Shown here: positions 9,023 to 18,620 of the stretch, piece after piece
Position numbering within the stretch: the stretch's first letter is position 1
Layout of the letters: every line of letters starts with the position of its first letter
Origin: an uncultured Verrucomicrobiota bacterium
GTDB taxonomy: Bacteria; Verrucomicrobiota; Verrucomicrobiia; Limisphaerales; UBA9464
Direction of reading: 5' to 3'
DNA length: 64,000 nucleotides
Assembly (NCBI GenBank): GCA_903939515.1
Contig: CAJAHH010000111.1
Location: forward strand, 17,415 to 81,414
Notes under the pieces: model-generated
The model's input: only the letters and a program-made list of their open reading frames with translations
Told to the model about the DNA's origin: nothing
The model's database searches: none
Program-made: the position numbers and the translations under genes

Positions 9023-10571
9023 CCTCCGCTCCTCCACGGCCCTCTGGTTCAAACGGCTGCAACCCCTCGCAGTCCTGTCTGTCCTCTTGCTGTCGAACTC
9101 CGCCTCCGCAAAAACCTCCTCCAAGGGACAGGCCCTCAATGTGGTGTTCATGCTCGCCGACGACCTCGGTTGGGCCGAGTTGGGCAGCTACGGTCAACAG
9201 AAGATCCCGACGCCCCATCTCGACCGACTGGCTTCTCAGGGCATGCGCTTCACCCGTCACTACAGCGGCGCCCCGGTCTGCGCCCCGTCGCGCTGCGTGC
9301 TGCTCACCGGTCGCCACACCGGTCATGCAGAGATCCGCGGTAATATTCAGGCCAAGACCGCCTTCCCTCAGTTCGATGAAGGCCAGTACCCCTTGAGCGC
9401 CCGCGCCCAGACAGTGGCCCGGGTCTTCCATCAAGCCGGTTACGCGACGGGGGCCATCGGCAAATGGGGCCTGGGCCCGGTGGGCAGCACCGGCGATCCC
9501 AACGCCCAAGGATTCGACCTCTTCTTCGGTTACAACTGTCAGGCGGTGGCTCACAGCTACTACCCGACCCATCTGTGGCGGAATACCGAACGGATCCCCC
9601 TCAATGCTCATCCGGTGCCTGGCCACCGTGCTCAAGCCGAGGGCGAAGTCCGACTGGAAGACCAAACGGCGGAAGATTACGCCCCTACGAGGATGATGGC
9701 CGAGGCCGAGCGATTCATCAGCGATCACCGCGCGGATCCATTTTTTCTCTATTTGGCCTTCATCGAACCCCATCTGGCGATGCATCCGCCCAAGGCATCG
9801 GTCGATCGGTTTCCGAAATCCTGGGATGACGAACCCTATCGAGGGCAGAATGGCTACCTGCCCCACCCCCGCCCGCGTGCCGCCTACGCGGCCATGATCT
9901 CGGACCTGGATGACCATGTAGGCCAAGTGCTGCGGGCCCTGGATTCAGCCGGACTGACCGACCGCACATTGGTGATCTTTACCAGCGACAATGGCACCAC
10001 CCATCCGGCCGGCAAAAACCCCCGCTTCGGTACCGGTGGCGTAGACTCCTCCTTCTTCAATAGCACAGCCGGACTGCGGGGTTTCAAGGGATCGGTGTAT
10101 GAAGGCGGCCTCAGAGTTCCTTTGATCGTCCGGCTTCCTGGACGGATCCGGGCTGGCTCAGTGAACGACCGCCCGAGCTACTTCGCCGATTGGTTTCCCA
10201 CTCTCTGCGAGGCGACGGGTCTGAAGACACCCCGCAACCTAGATGGTCAAAGTCTTTGGCCTCAACTCACAGGCCGCAAGGGCCCGAGCCAGCACCGCCC
10301 GATGGTCTGGGTATTTCCGGAGTATGGAGGCCAAGTCGCCGTGCGCATGAACGATTTCAAAGCGGTCCGGCAGCGGCTCAAAACGCCCCAACCCGGAGCC
10401 TGGGAACTCTACGACCTAAAGGCCGATCCCAACGAAGGGACCGACCTTGCAACCGGTCACCCAGAGCTCATCGCCCGTGCCGAGGAGATCCTTCGGGATC
10501 AGGTCCATGACAACCCCATCTTTCCTGTCCCCATTCCCGGCCTTCGACCGAAGAACCCCAACGTTCCATGA
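9012..10571 (+). CDS. Arylsulfatase-family sulfatase (formylglycine type)
   Basis: 519 aa with a signal peptide, LADDLGW and CAPSRCVLLTGR (C-x-P-x-R FGly motif). The stop overlaps the next start (ATGA). Confidence 0.85.
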   Translation: MWTNLRSSTALWFKRLQPLAVLSVLLLSNSASAKTSSKGQALNVVFMLADDLGWAELGSYGQQKIPTPHLDRLASQGMRFTRHYSGAPVCAPSRCVLLTGRHTGHAEIRGNIQAKTAFPQFDEGQYPLSARAQTVARVFHQAGYATGAIGKWGLGPVGSTGDPNAQGFDLFFGYNCQAVAHSYYPTHLWRNTERIPLNAHPVPGHRAQAEGEVRLEDQTAEDYAPTRMMAEAERFISDHRADPFFLYLAFIEPHLAMHPPKASVDRFPKSWDDEPYRGQNGYLPHPRPRAAYAAMISDLDDHVGQVLRALDSAGLTDRTLVIFTSDNGTTHPAGKNPRFGTGGVDSSFFNSTAGLRGFKGSVYEGGLRVPLIVRLPGRIRAGSVNDRPSYFADWFPTLCEATGLKTPRNLDGQSLWPQLTGRKGPSQHRPMVWVFPEYGGQVAVRMNDFKAVRQRLKTPQPGAWELYDLKADPNEGTDLATGHPELIARAEEILRDQVHDNPIFPVPIPGLRPKNPNVP

Positions 10572-12028
10572 ATCCCCATCCTACTCTGAACGGCCTCCTC
10601 TCGCGTCGTGACCTCTTCCGCCGTGCCGGTCACGGGGCCGGCCTTCTGGCCTTGGCCGGATTGCTCGATGAGCAGCGACTCCTAATACCACGGGCGATGG
10701 CAGCTCCCTCTGCCGATCCCCTGGCCCCACGGCCCCCGCAACTCAAGACCCGGGCCAAATCGGTCATCTGGCTCTTCATGAACGGCGGCCCAAGCCAGGT
10801 AGATACCTGGGACTACAAGCCGGAGTTGGCACGCCGCCACGGTCAGGAGTTGCCAGGTTTCGACAAGAAGACCGGATTTTTCACCGAGTCAGTAGGGCCC
10901 TTGATGAAGTCTCCCTTCGCCTGGGCTCAGCACGGCCAGAGCGGCACCTGGGCCAGCGACCTGTTCCCACAGCTATCGCGACATGTGGACAAGATGGCTT
11001 TCCTGCATTCCTGCCACACCGAGTCCAACAACCACAGCCCCGCGCTCTTCATGATCAATACAGGCTCGACGCGCATGGGTTTCCCCTGCGTCGGTTCATG
11101 GATGACTTACGGCCTGGGGAGCGAAAGTCGCGACCTGCCGTCCTTCGTGGTGATGAGCGACCCACTCGACCGCGGCTTGCCCAAGGGACAGGCTAGCAAC
11201 TGGGGGGCCGGTTTCCTGCCCAGCGTCTATCAAGGCACTTGGCTCCGGCCCAAGGGGGATCCTATCGACAACCTGAATCGAGCGGCCGGAATGAATGCGG
11301 AGGCCCAACGGGCCCAATTGGATTTGCTCCGATCCCTCAACCAACAACACCTCGCCCAGGCGGGATCCCAAGGCGAACTGGGAGCACGGATCGAAAGCTT
11401 CGAACTGGCTTACCGCATGCAATCGGCTGCACCCGAGGCCTTCGGCATTGAGCGCGAGCCGGAACATCTCAAACACCTCTACGGCCTCGACCAACCTCAC
11501 TGCCGTCATTTTGCTGCCCAATGCCTGACGGCCCGCCGCATGGTCGAACGCGGTGTCCGCTTCGTTCAGATCTACTCCGGCGGCATGGAAAACCAACGCA
11601 GTTGGGACGGTCACGAAGACATCGTCGGCAATCACCGGGGTTTCGCCCGCGAGACCGATCAACCCATCGCCGGACTCCTGGCCGACCTCGAACAACGGGG
11701 GTTGTTGGACGAAACCCTGGTGATCTGGGGCGGAGAATTTGGTCGCCTGCCTGTCTCCCAAAAGGGCGGCAATCCGGGTCGAGACCACAATCCCCACGCC
11801 TTCACCTATTGGCTGGCGGGCGGCGGAGTCCGTGGCGGTGTGCATCACGGCGCCACCGATGCCTTTGGTCACAAGGCCGAAGTCGACAAAGTGAGCGTCA
11901 ATGACCTCCACGCGACCATCTTACACCTCATGGGGCTGGATCATGAGCGACTGACCTTCTTCAACAACGGGCGAAATTTCCGGCTGACCGATGTGGCTGG
12001 GGAGGTCGTCCGGTCGATCGTCGCCTAA
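10568..12028 (+). CDS. DUF1501 domain protein (sulfatase/alkaline-phosphatase-like fold, Tat signal)
   Basis: 486 aa with an SRRDLFRR twin-arginine leader. DUF1501-typical segments include FMNGGPSQVDTWDYKP and GRDHNPHAF. Confidence 0.85.
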   Translation: MNPHPTLNGLLSRRDLFRRAGHGAGLLALAGLLDEQRLLIPRAMAAPSADPLAPRPPQLKTRAKSVIWLFMNGGPSQVDTWDYKPELARRHGQELPGFDKKTGFFTESVGPLMKSPFAWAQHGQSGTWASDLFPQLSRHVDKMAFLHSCHTESNNHSPALFMINTGSTRMGFPCVGSWMTYGLGSESRDLPSFVVMSDPLDRGLPKGQASNWGAGFLPSVYQGTWLRPKGDPIDNLNRAAGMNAEAQRAQLDLLRSLNQQHLAQAGSQGELGARIESFELAYRMQSAAPEAFGIEREPEHLKHLYGLDQPHCRHFAAQCLTARRMVERGVRFVQIYSGGMENQRSWDGHEDIVGNHRGFARETDQPIAGLLADLEQRGLLDETLVIWGGEFGRLPVSQKGGNPGRDHNPHAFTYWLAGGGVRGGVHHGATDAFGHKAEVDKVSVNDLHATILHLMGLDHERLTFFNNGRNFRLTDVAGEVVRSIVA

Positions 12029-12177
12029 GAAACTCGAGGAGCAGTCGCTCTTAAAAACCCGAGATTGGATTTGGAAGGTTTCAGGAACATCTTTGAACTC
12101 CGTGCTGAGCGCGTCGCGCCGTCCTCCTGGGTTGTCCGGTGTCGCCGATGAACTCCGCCACAGCTCTCATTCCATCC

Positions 12178-13311
12178 ATGTCCCTGAAACGCACCCCCCT
12201 CTTCACAGCGCACCAGCAACTCGGCGGCAAGCTCATCGAGTTCGGAGGCTGGGAAATGCCCGTCCAGTACACCTCGATTGTCGAGGAGCACCATGCGGTC
12301 CGCCGCTCGGCCGGAATCTTCGACATTAGCCACATGGGCGAAATCTGGTTTGAAGGGCCCAAGGCATTAGCATTCCTCAATGGATTGCTCACCAACGACC
12401 TTCGAAAACTAACCATCGGCCTCGGCCAATATACCCACTTGTGTCTCGAAACGGGCGGCACCATCGATGATTTGTACGCCTATCGGGTCGCCGAAGAAAC
12501 CTACCTGCTCATCATCAACGCCGGCCGAATAGACGCTGACGTGGCATGGCTAGAGACCCATTGGAACGCCTTTCCGGATCGCTCGGAAGTGCGCATGAAC
12601 CACGTGTCGGCCACCACGGGTGCCATCGCCATTCAGGGGCCCCGTGTTCCAGAATTCATCGATGCACTGTTCCCAGGCCATTCGCTCGGCGGTGTCAAAG
12701 GAGTGTCTGCTTCAGCGTTGGCCAAAAACCAAATCGGGCGGTGGGACCAAGACGGTCAAGCTCTCTGGGTGGCCCGTACCGGCTACACCGGTGAGGACGG
12801 ATTCGAAGTGGTGGCTCCCAACGCCTTGCTGGAGCCCCTCTGGCAAGCAGCCCTTGCCGCTGGGGCCTCGGTGGGCATTCGCCCCTGTGGCCTCGGGGCC
12901 CGAGACACCTTGCGGACGGAAGTCTGCTATCCGCTCTACGGCCACGAACTTGACGAACAAACCTCGCCAGTGGAGGCGGGACTGGGCTTCTTCATCGCCT
13001 GGGACAAGGGAAACTTTGTCGGTCGTTCCGCGCTGTTGAAACAAAAGGAGGAGGGGCTTTCCAAAAAGTGTGTCGCCTTCCGGATGACCGAAAAATCAGC
13101 TCCGCCTCGTCCGAGCTATCCGGTCGTGGTGGCCGAGGCCGTGGTTGGTACGGTGGTCAGCGGCACCCAAAGTCCTACACTGAACGCGGGTATTGGCATG
13201 GCCTATGTTCCGCCCTCTTTGACCACTCCAGGAACCGCCCTTCAGATCGAGATCCGAGGTAAGCGGTTTGCCGCCGAAGTGGTCAAGAAACCCTTCTATC
13301 GCAAAGCCTAG
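12178..13311 (+). CDS. gcvT: Glycine cleavage system aminomethyltransferase T
   Basis: MSLKRTPLF...GGWEMPVQYTSIVEEHHAVRRSAGIFDISHMG is canonical GcvT. The track ORF starts at 12139, but the ATG at 12178 gives the usual length (377 aa). Confidence 0.9.
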   Translation: MSLKRTPLFTAHQQLGGKLIEFGGWEMPVQYTSIVEEHHAVRRSAGIFDISHMGEIWFEGPKALAFLNGLLTNDLRKLTIGLGQYTHLCLETGGTIDDLYAYRVAEETYLLIINAGRIDADVAWLETHWNAFPDRSEVRMNHVSATTGAIAIQGPRVPEFIDALFPGHSLGGVKGVSASALAKNQIGRWDQDGQALWVARTGYTGEDGFEVVAPNALLEPLWQAALAAGASVGIRPCGLGARDTLRTEVCYPLYGHELDEQTSPVEAGLGFFIAWDKGNFVGRSALLKQKEEGLSKKCVAFRMTEKSAPPRPSYPVVVAEAVVGTVVSGTQSPTLNAGIGMAYVPPSLTTPGTALQIEIRGKRFAAEVVKKPFYRKA

Positions 13312-13318
13312 TCCCCTC

Positions 13319-13375
13319 TAAAAACCAACAGGGTCCGCCTCATCGGTATGAAACCGGATGGAGCGGACCCTGTTG
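13319..13375 (-). terminator. Intrinsic terminator between convergent gcvT and desaturase genes
   Basis: Perfect 13-bp stem CAACAGGGTCCGC / GCGGACCCTGTTG (13326-13375). On the minus strand it is followed by GTTTTTAG. There is only a weak T-tract on the plus side. Confidence 0.6.
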
Positions 13376-13407
13376 AGTTGCTTCGACTGTTTTAAAACCT
13401 TAGTGAC

Positions 13408-14334
13408 TTAGTGGGCCACTTGAACATTCGAGGCCAACCCGAAGATGTTTAGAATCCGAATCAGGATCCAGGTCAGATCCATCTGATACCAGCGAAGGCC
13501 ATGTCGGGCCGACTGCGGATGTGCGTGGTGGTTATTATGCCACCCCTCACCGAGAGAAACGACCGCGACGGCCGCATTGTTGCGACTCTCATCCCGAGTC
13601 TTGAAGGGTTGTGTACCCCAGAGATGGCAAATGGAATTCACACTCCATGTTGCATGGTGCCCCATGAATACCCGGGCCAGACCGCCCCAGAGAAATCCCG
13701 TTAAGGCCCCCATCCACGTTTGGGTGATCAAGCCACCCAGAATTCCGGGAAGAACCAACCCGGTCAGTGCCCACCAAACAAAACCGCGGTGAATCACACG
13801 GGCCACCGGGTCCTTGGAGAGGTCGGGCAGGCTGCGAACGGTCATCGCATCGGCGCCGCGGAACATCCAGCCCATGTGGGAATGCCAGAAGCCGAGCATC
13901 AAGCCCTTCATGCCCTCACCGTGTTCGTGGGGTGAGTGGGGGTCGCCCTTCACATCGCTGTGCTGGTGATGACGGCGGTGCGTAGCCACCCAGAAGAACA
14001 ACGGTCCTTGAACCGCCATCGATCCGGCGATGCCAAACAACGCCCGAATAAAGGCTGGGCAGGTGAAGCTGCGGTGGGTGAAGAGGCGATGGTAGCCCCC
14101 GGTGACACCAAAACCTGCGATCAAGTACATGATCACAAAGAGGATGACATCCAACGGACGAAGAATCTTGTTCCAAGCCAGCACGGCGGCCGTCATGAAA
14201 CCGATCCAAGGTACGAGGACTGCCACCAAGGTGAAAATCTGGGTGCGACGAACGCCCGAACTAGGGGTAGATGCTGCTGGCTGACTGGTCACTTGGCTGG
14301 AACCTGCAGATCCTGGAAGTGGAAAACGAGACAT
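13408..14334 (-). CDS. Acyl-CoA (delta-9-type) fatty acid desaturase
   Basis: Three histidine boxes: HRLFTHRSF, HRRHHQHSD and HNNHHAHP. The start was chosen at MSRFPL (14334), because 14335-14385 is AT-rich and looks intergenic. The track ORF extends to 14385. Confidence 0.85.
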   Translation of the reverse strand: MSRFPLPGSAGSSQVTSQPAASTPSSGVRRTQIFTLVAVLVPWIGFMTAAVLAWNKILRPLDVILFVIMYLIAGFGVTGGYHRLFTHRSFTCPAFIRALFGIAGSMAVQGPLFFWVATHRRHHQHSDVKGDPHSPHEHGEGMKGLMLGFWHSHMGWMFRGADAMTVRSLPDLSKDPVARVIHRGFVWWALTGLVLPGILGGLITQTWMGALTGFLWGGLARVFMGHHATWSVNSICHLWGTQPFKTRDESRNNAAVAVVSLGEGWHNNHHAHPQSARHGLRWYQMDLTWILIRILNIFGLASNVQVAH

Positions 14335-14430
14335 TTTTAAAAAAATTACCTGCACCCATTGCAGATGGGACAACAAACGCTGCAAATGCCTTTTTGTCTA
14401 CCATCGACCGGCAAGATTCATCACATCTTC

Positions 14431-15783
14431 TCAAACCGATGCGGCCGTGGGATGCGACCAGGGGCTGCGATAGGGCCGCGCCAACAGACGTGTGGCCTCA
14501 GTGTCCCCGACAATGGTGTGGGTCTTGGGATCCCAGCGCAGGGTTCGCCCACCGAGTTGCTGCGACAAATTAGCTAAGACGCAGGAGGCTGTGGACATGT
14601 GCCCCTGCTCGATATCGGCCACCGGCTTAGACCCGCTGCGGCGGCACTCCAGCAAGTTGCGCATGTGTCCGCGAATGGCCGGAGCGCAGTGCTTCTCTAG
14701 GTCCTTTTCGGTCTGGTCTTCCGGATACTGGTCGAGCTCCATGCCGACATCCTTGTGCACCGAATTACCAGCGCCCTGCGGTGTGTAGTCGTAGCCAAAG
14801 ACACTGGCCTTGAGAGTGCCCTTGTCGCCGTAGAACGTGGCACTCCAGGGGTACTTGGGATCGCCGCCTTCGCCCCAGGTCCGGTGGGTCCAGCGCACTT
14901 GCAAATTACCGAAGTCGAAGGTCGCGGTCTGCGTATCGGTGATGTTGGCCCGGCTCGCCTTGTCCACCAAGATGCCGCCATTGGAACTGACCGAGATGGG
15001 CCATCCGAGGTCCATCATCCAGCGCACCATGTCCAGCATGTGGATGCACATGTCGCCCACGATGCCATTTCCATATTCCGAGAACGCCCGCCATCCGCGC
15101 GGATGGACCATTTTGTTGTAAGGCCGCATAGGTGCGGGGCCAGTCCACATCTCATAATCTAGCCACTCTGGTGGCGCGGTGTCGGGCGCGGTGGCCAGGG
15201 TGTCCCGGGCGCGCATGTGCCAGTAGCAGCAGATTTCCACATGGGCGATGGTGCCCAGCTTGCCCTCGCGAAGAATGCGATCACGCGCCTCGATGAGGTG
15301 CGGTGTGCTGCGCCGCTGGGTTCCTACTTGCACCGTCCGACCGTATTTCCGGGCCGCCGCCAGCATGGCCTGGCTCTCGACGATGTCCACGCCTGTGGGT
15401 TTCTGCACATAAATGTCAGCCCCCGCCTTGCAGGCCTCGATCATAGGCAAGGCGTGCCAATGATCCGGAGTCCCGATGAGCACCACATCCAAATCCTTCT
15501 CCGCGAGCATTTTCCGGTAATCGCCGTAGGTCCGGGGCTGCTTGCCGGACTTTTGCCGCTGGGCCACCAACGCCGCCGCATCGGCTAGCATGCGGCGATC
15601 GACATCGCAGAGCGAAACCACGTCCACCGGCGCGACTTGGATCAACCGCAGCAAGTCCGCCTTGCCGTACCAACCCGTTCCAATCAATCCCACCCGAAGG
15701 GCTTTTTCCTGAGCGAAGGTCGTCGGAACAAAGGTGGCGGCCGACAAGGCTGCGCCTGTTTGGAGAAACTTTCGGCGTGTCAT
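14431..15783 (-). CDS. Gfo/Idh/MocA-family oxidoreductase with Tat signal
   Basis: 450 aa with leader MTRRKFLQTGAALSAA, Rossmann motif LIGTGWYG and a GH109-like architecture. Confidence 0.85.
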   Translation of the reverse strand: MTRRKFLQTGAALSAATFVPTTFAQEKALRVGLIGTGWYGKADLLRLIQVAPVDVVSLCDVDRRMLADAAALVAQRQKSGKQPRTYGDYRKMLAEKDLDVVLIGTPDHWHALPMIEACKAGADIYVQKPTGVDIVESQAMLAAARKYGRTVQVGTQRRSTPHLIEARDRILREGKLGTIAHVEICCYWHMRARDTLATAPDTAPPEWLDYEMWTGPAPMRPYNKMVHPRGWRAFSEYGNGIVGDMCIHMLDMVRWMMDLGWPISVSSNGGILVDKASRANITDTQTATFDFGNLQVRWTHRTWGEGGDPKYPWSATFYGDKGTLKASVFGYDYTPQGAGNSVHKDVGMELDQYPEDQTEKDLEKHCAPAIRGHMRNLLECRRSGSKPVADIEQGHMSTASCVLANLSQQLGGRTLRWDPKTHTIVGDTEATRLLARPYRSPWSHPTAASV

Positions 15784-15872
15784 GGCTCTTTGCTAGACAA
15801 TCGAGCCCGCCAACTCAAGCCCGCTCCGGGCCCAATGCCGCCCTAATGTCGGCCGAGCCAGTCCTTGGAGTA

Positions 15873-15942
15873 CTTTGAACCTGTCACTTTATCATCACCC
15901 AGAGGCAAGGCTGAGCTGAACCCACACTTTAAACCTGTCACT
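15873..15942 (+). repeat. Two 16-nt direct repeats CTTT(G/A)AACCTGTCACT in the divergent oxidoreductase/metF intergenic region
   Basis: Copies at 15873-15888 and 15927-15942, 15/16 identical, 54 nt start-to-start. Confidence 0.45.
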
Positions 15943-16116
15943 CTGTTGTGATCGCCGGGCACTGGGGCAACGTCGCTGCCGAGCTCAAAGGCAGCGATCC
16001 AGGCCTTGGTCAAACATCGAACCGGTCACTGGAGGCCGCCGGCCAACATATCATCCCATCAGGATTGATTGATTTGACTCTTGATTCCCCATCCGGACCG
16101 GCCACTCTTGAAACCC

Positions 16117-17010
16117 ATGATCCGCCACATCCACGAGATCCATCGGGAGAACGCCGGACGGGGCCGCCCCTCGTATTCCATCGAGTTCTTTCCGCCCAAG
16201 ACTGAGGAAGGTGAGCGGGCGTTGTTCGAAAAGACCCTCCCTGCCCTCTTGGCCGCTCGGCCGGATTACTGTTCGGTGACCTACGGAGCCGGCGGATCCA
16301 CCCGTGAAAAAACCCTAGGGATTGTCGAGCGCATCCAACGCGACTTCGGGTTGACGACGGTGATGCACCTGACGTGCGTCAACGCCGACAAGACCGAACT
16401 GGGTTCGGTCATCGACGAAGCAAAAGCCCGCGGTGTGCGCAACATCTTGGCGCTGCGCGGAGATCCTCCCGGCGGTTCTGGCGAGTGGGTGCCGACCGAA
16501 GGGGGATTCCGTTATTCCTCGGAACTCGTGGCCTACCTGAAAGAGATCGGCGACCTGAGCATCGGCACGGCCGGATTCCCGGAAGGCCACATCGCCCAGA
16601 CCGGGGGTAAGCATCAGGATTGGCAGCACCTGGCCGACAAAATTCACCAAGGAGCCCATTTCGTGGTGACTCAATTGTTTTACAACAATGACGACTACTT
16701 CGCCATGCGAGATCATCTGACCAAGACCCTCGGCGTCGATGTGCCATTGATCCCCGGCCTCCTGCCCGTTGTGGCTCGCAACCAGACCAAAAAATTCACA
16801 GCGCTCTGCGGAGCGCGATTGCCCGAGCGATTCCTCTCCCGCCTCGAAGCCCTAGGTGACGACGATGCCGCCGTGACCGCATTCGGCATCGAATACTGCA
16901 CGCAGCAAATCGAAGAACTCATCCGGGGTGGCGCTCCAGGCGTGCATTTCTACACCCTGAACAAAGCGCATTCGACGGTTCAGATTCTCAAGAATCTGGG
17001 GCACGCCTGA
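16117..17010 (+). CDS. metF: Methylenetetrahydrofolate reductase
   Basis: SIEFFPPKTEEG...VTYGAGGSTREKT...HLTCV...ALRGDPP is canonical MetF. ATG 16117 is preferred over the TTG at 16081. Confidence 0.9.
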   Translation: MIRHIHEIHRENAGRGRPSYSIEFFPPKTEEGERALFEKTLPALLAARPDYCSVTYGAGGSTREKTLGIVERIQRDFGLTTVMHLTCVNADKTELGSVIDEAKARGVRNILALRGDPPGGSGEWVPTEGGFRYSSELVAYLKEIGDLSIGTAGFPEGHIAQTGGKHQDWQHLADKIHQGAHFVVTQLFYNNDDYFAMRDHLTKTLGVDVPLIPGLLPVVARNQTKKFTALCGARLPERFLSRLEALGDDDAAVTAFGIEYCTQQIEELIRGGAPGVHFYTLNKAHSTVQILKNLGHA

Positions 17011-17039
17011 CGTTCAGGAACATAAACCGTCCCACCCCA

Positions 17040-17762
17040 ATGATCCGTGCCGTTTGCCTATCTCTGCTCCTCATCCAAATCGGACAGCTCCGACTCCAAG
17101 CCGAGTCTGAATGGCGTCCGTGGGTGGAAAAAATCAACGCACGACTCGTCGACACGCTGACCCCGCAGCAGCAGTCCCGTTGGGGCAAACCTCCGGTGAA
17201 GGCCTCGAACGGCAAAAACGCGTGGGTGGAATCCATCGAGCGACAAGTGGTGGTCAGTGACGCCACCACTGAATTGTGGTCCCGCATCGCCTTGGCCATC
17301 GGCCGGGATGCCTCGTGCCCGGGTTATTTGACAGAATTCCTGCGCCGATGTGCAGACGCTCCGAACGGTATGGCCGCATTGCCGGATCCTTCAGAGCTTC
17401 CCAACAAGAAGGCCAAAAAGCCCATCGTCGATGACCGCAACCAGCAACTGACGGCCTTCAACCAACTGGCGGCCACGCTCATTTCCACCGAACTGGTCCG
17501 ACCCTCGATCGTCCCGCAAGACGGCGAATCCAAGGGCGCTGCGCGACTCACCGATGCCCAAGCCCGTGAAGTGCTGCTGGAAGGCACCCGATTGGCAGCC
17601 CGCAGCGGTTACACTTCCGAAGCCCTTCAAAGCCTGCTGACCGCCTTGCCGGCCGGAGCCCCTTCACCGGTTTGGGCAAATGCTTTCCTTCCGGCCCAGA
17701 CGCGGGGTGCGGCCTTGGCCAAGGAGATCAAAAAGGTCGAACGCAAAGCGACGGGCCGGTGA
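17040..17762 (+). CDS. Hypothetical secreted protein
   Basis: 240-aa ORF with an N-terminal hydrophobic signal (MIRAVCLSLLLIQIG). No family recognised. Confidence 0.5.
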   Translation: MIRAVCLSLLLIQIGQLRLQAESEWRPWVEKINARLVDTLTPQQQSRWGKPPVKASNGKNAWVESIERQVVVSDATTELWSRIALAIGRDASCPGYLTEFLRRCADAPNGMAALPDPSELPNKKAKKPIVDDRNQQLTAFNQLAATLISTELVRPSIVPQDGESKGAARLTDAQAREVLLEGTRLAARSGYTSEALQSLLTALPAGAPSPVWANAFLPAQTRGAALAKEIKKVERKATGR

Positions 17763-17904
17763 CATCCGACTCGGGTTGATCGAAGTCTTTCGAAGGCTTT
17801 CGGACTCTCGAGTTACCGAGCCGTACAGCAGTCGTGATGGAAGAGATTCGAGCTCTCCCACAGGCTTGGATCCCTGCGACACAGAAGAAACTTTGCCTTC
17901 AGCC

Positions 17905-17933
17905 TTGCCGTAGAGGCCACCATCCCGTATCAC
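17905..17933 (+). promoter_or_regulatory. Candidate sigma70-type promoter for tRNA-fMet
   Basis: TTGCCG, a 17-nt spacer, then TATCAC, ending about 15 nt before the tRNA 5' end. Confidence 0.3.
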
Positions 17934-17948
17934 TTTGCGCCTCGGGAT

Positions 17949-18025
<77 letters not shown>

Positions 18026-18032
18026 ACTTTCA

Positions 18033-18067
18033 GGCCGTTTTCCTTCGGGAAGACGGCCTTTTTGTTT
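18033..18067 (+). terminator. Intrinsic terminator after the tRNA
   Basis: Stem GGCCGTTTTCC / GGAAGACGGCC with a TTCG loop, followed by TTTTTGTTT. Confidence 0.7.
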
Positions 18068-18287
18068 AGCCCAAGCGGCCTTTTTGTTTGGCCCATTGGG
18101 CTCACAAAGGCTCACAAAGGCTAACGAACCCGCCCTGGCAATATCCCCAGATAGTACCCTCAGATTTCGAATCCCGTCGCCCGCTCCACTCGCTGGGTAT
18201 TCGTTTGCCAAAGACTGTCAGGCCACGCCTGAGGGACGCGCCTTCCTGGCGGCCGACATTGATGGGCGAAAGAAACCCCTCAACGGG

Positions 18288-18530
18288 ATGCTGAGGCAAA
18301 TCCATATCTTCGATTTAGTGATCCGGGGGTTGGCTGCGTCACCGACGAATGAACTCGCAGAAGACATCATCCTGAGCCAACTAGCCCTGACTTTCCCTAG
18401 AGAACGCTCTCAACGCATTTTGCACACCCTCGTCTCGTGGGCTCGCTACGCCGAACTCTTCCGCTACAGCGCACCGCGTCGGGCGCTGCACGGGCTCAAA
18501 GCCAGTGTGCCCCCATCGCAGGACGAATGA
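18288..18530 (+). CDS. AAA-associated C-terminal domain-like small protein, possibly a gene remnant
   Basis: ...TPEGRAFLAADIDGRKK...LVSWARYAELFRYS resembles the C-terminal AAA-associated domain of NitT/TauT-type ABC ATPases. The similarity continues upstream of ATG 18288 into the TTG-started track ORF (18084). No ATPase domain is present. Confidence 0.35.
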   Translation: MLRQIHIFDLVIRGLAASPTNELAEDIILSQLALTFPRERSQRILHTLVSWARYAELFRYSAPRRALHGLKASVPPSQDE

Positions 18531-18620
18531 CCACGGATCGAACGGGACGCCCGCTTTGAATATCTCCGGTGGTCAAGAAGGCATGGCCAGCGAGTCGGCG
18601 ACGGATCAGGATCAACGGCG

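Noticed and set aside
12029-12177. Expected glycine riboswitch upstream of gcvT
   Set aside because: I found none of the conserved glycine-aptamer elements (no GGAGAG...ACCGAAGGGGCAA-like cores) in the 149-nt leader. A cmsearch with RF00504 would settle it.
15784-16116. SAM or SAH riboswitch upstream of metF
   Set aside because: Some GC-rich hairpins are present. However, I could not match SAM-I, SAM-II or SAH consensus cores by eye. Only the direct repeats are reported.
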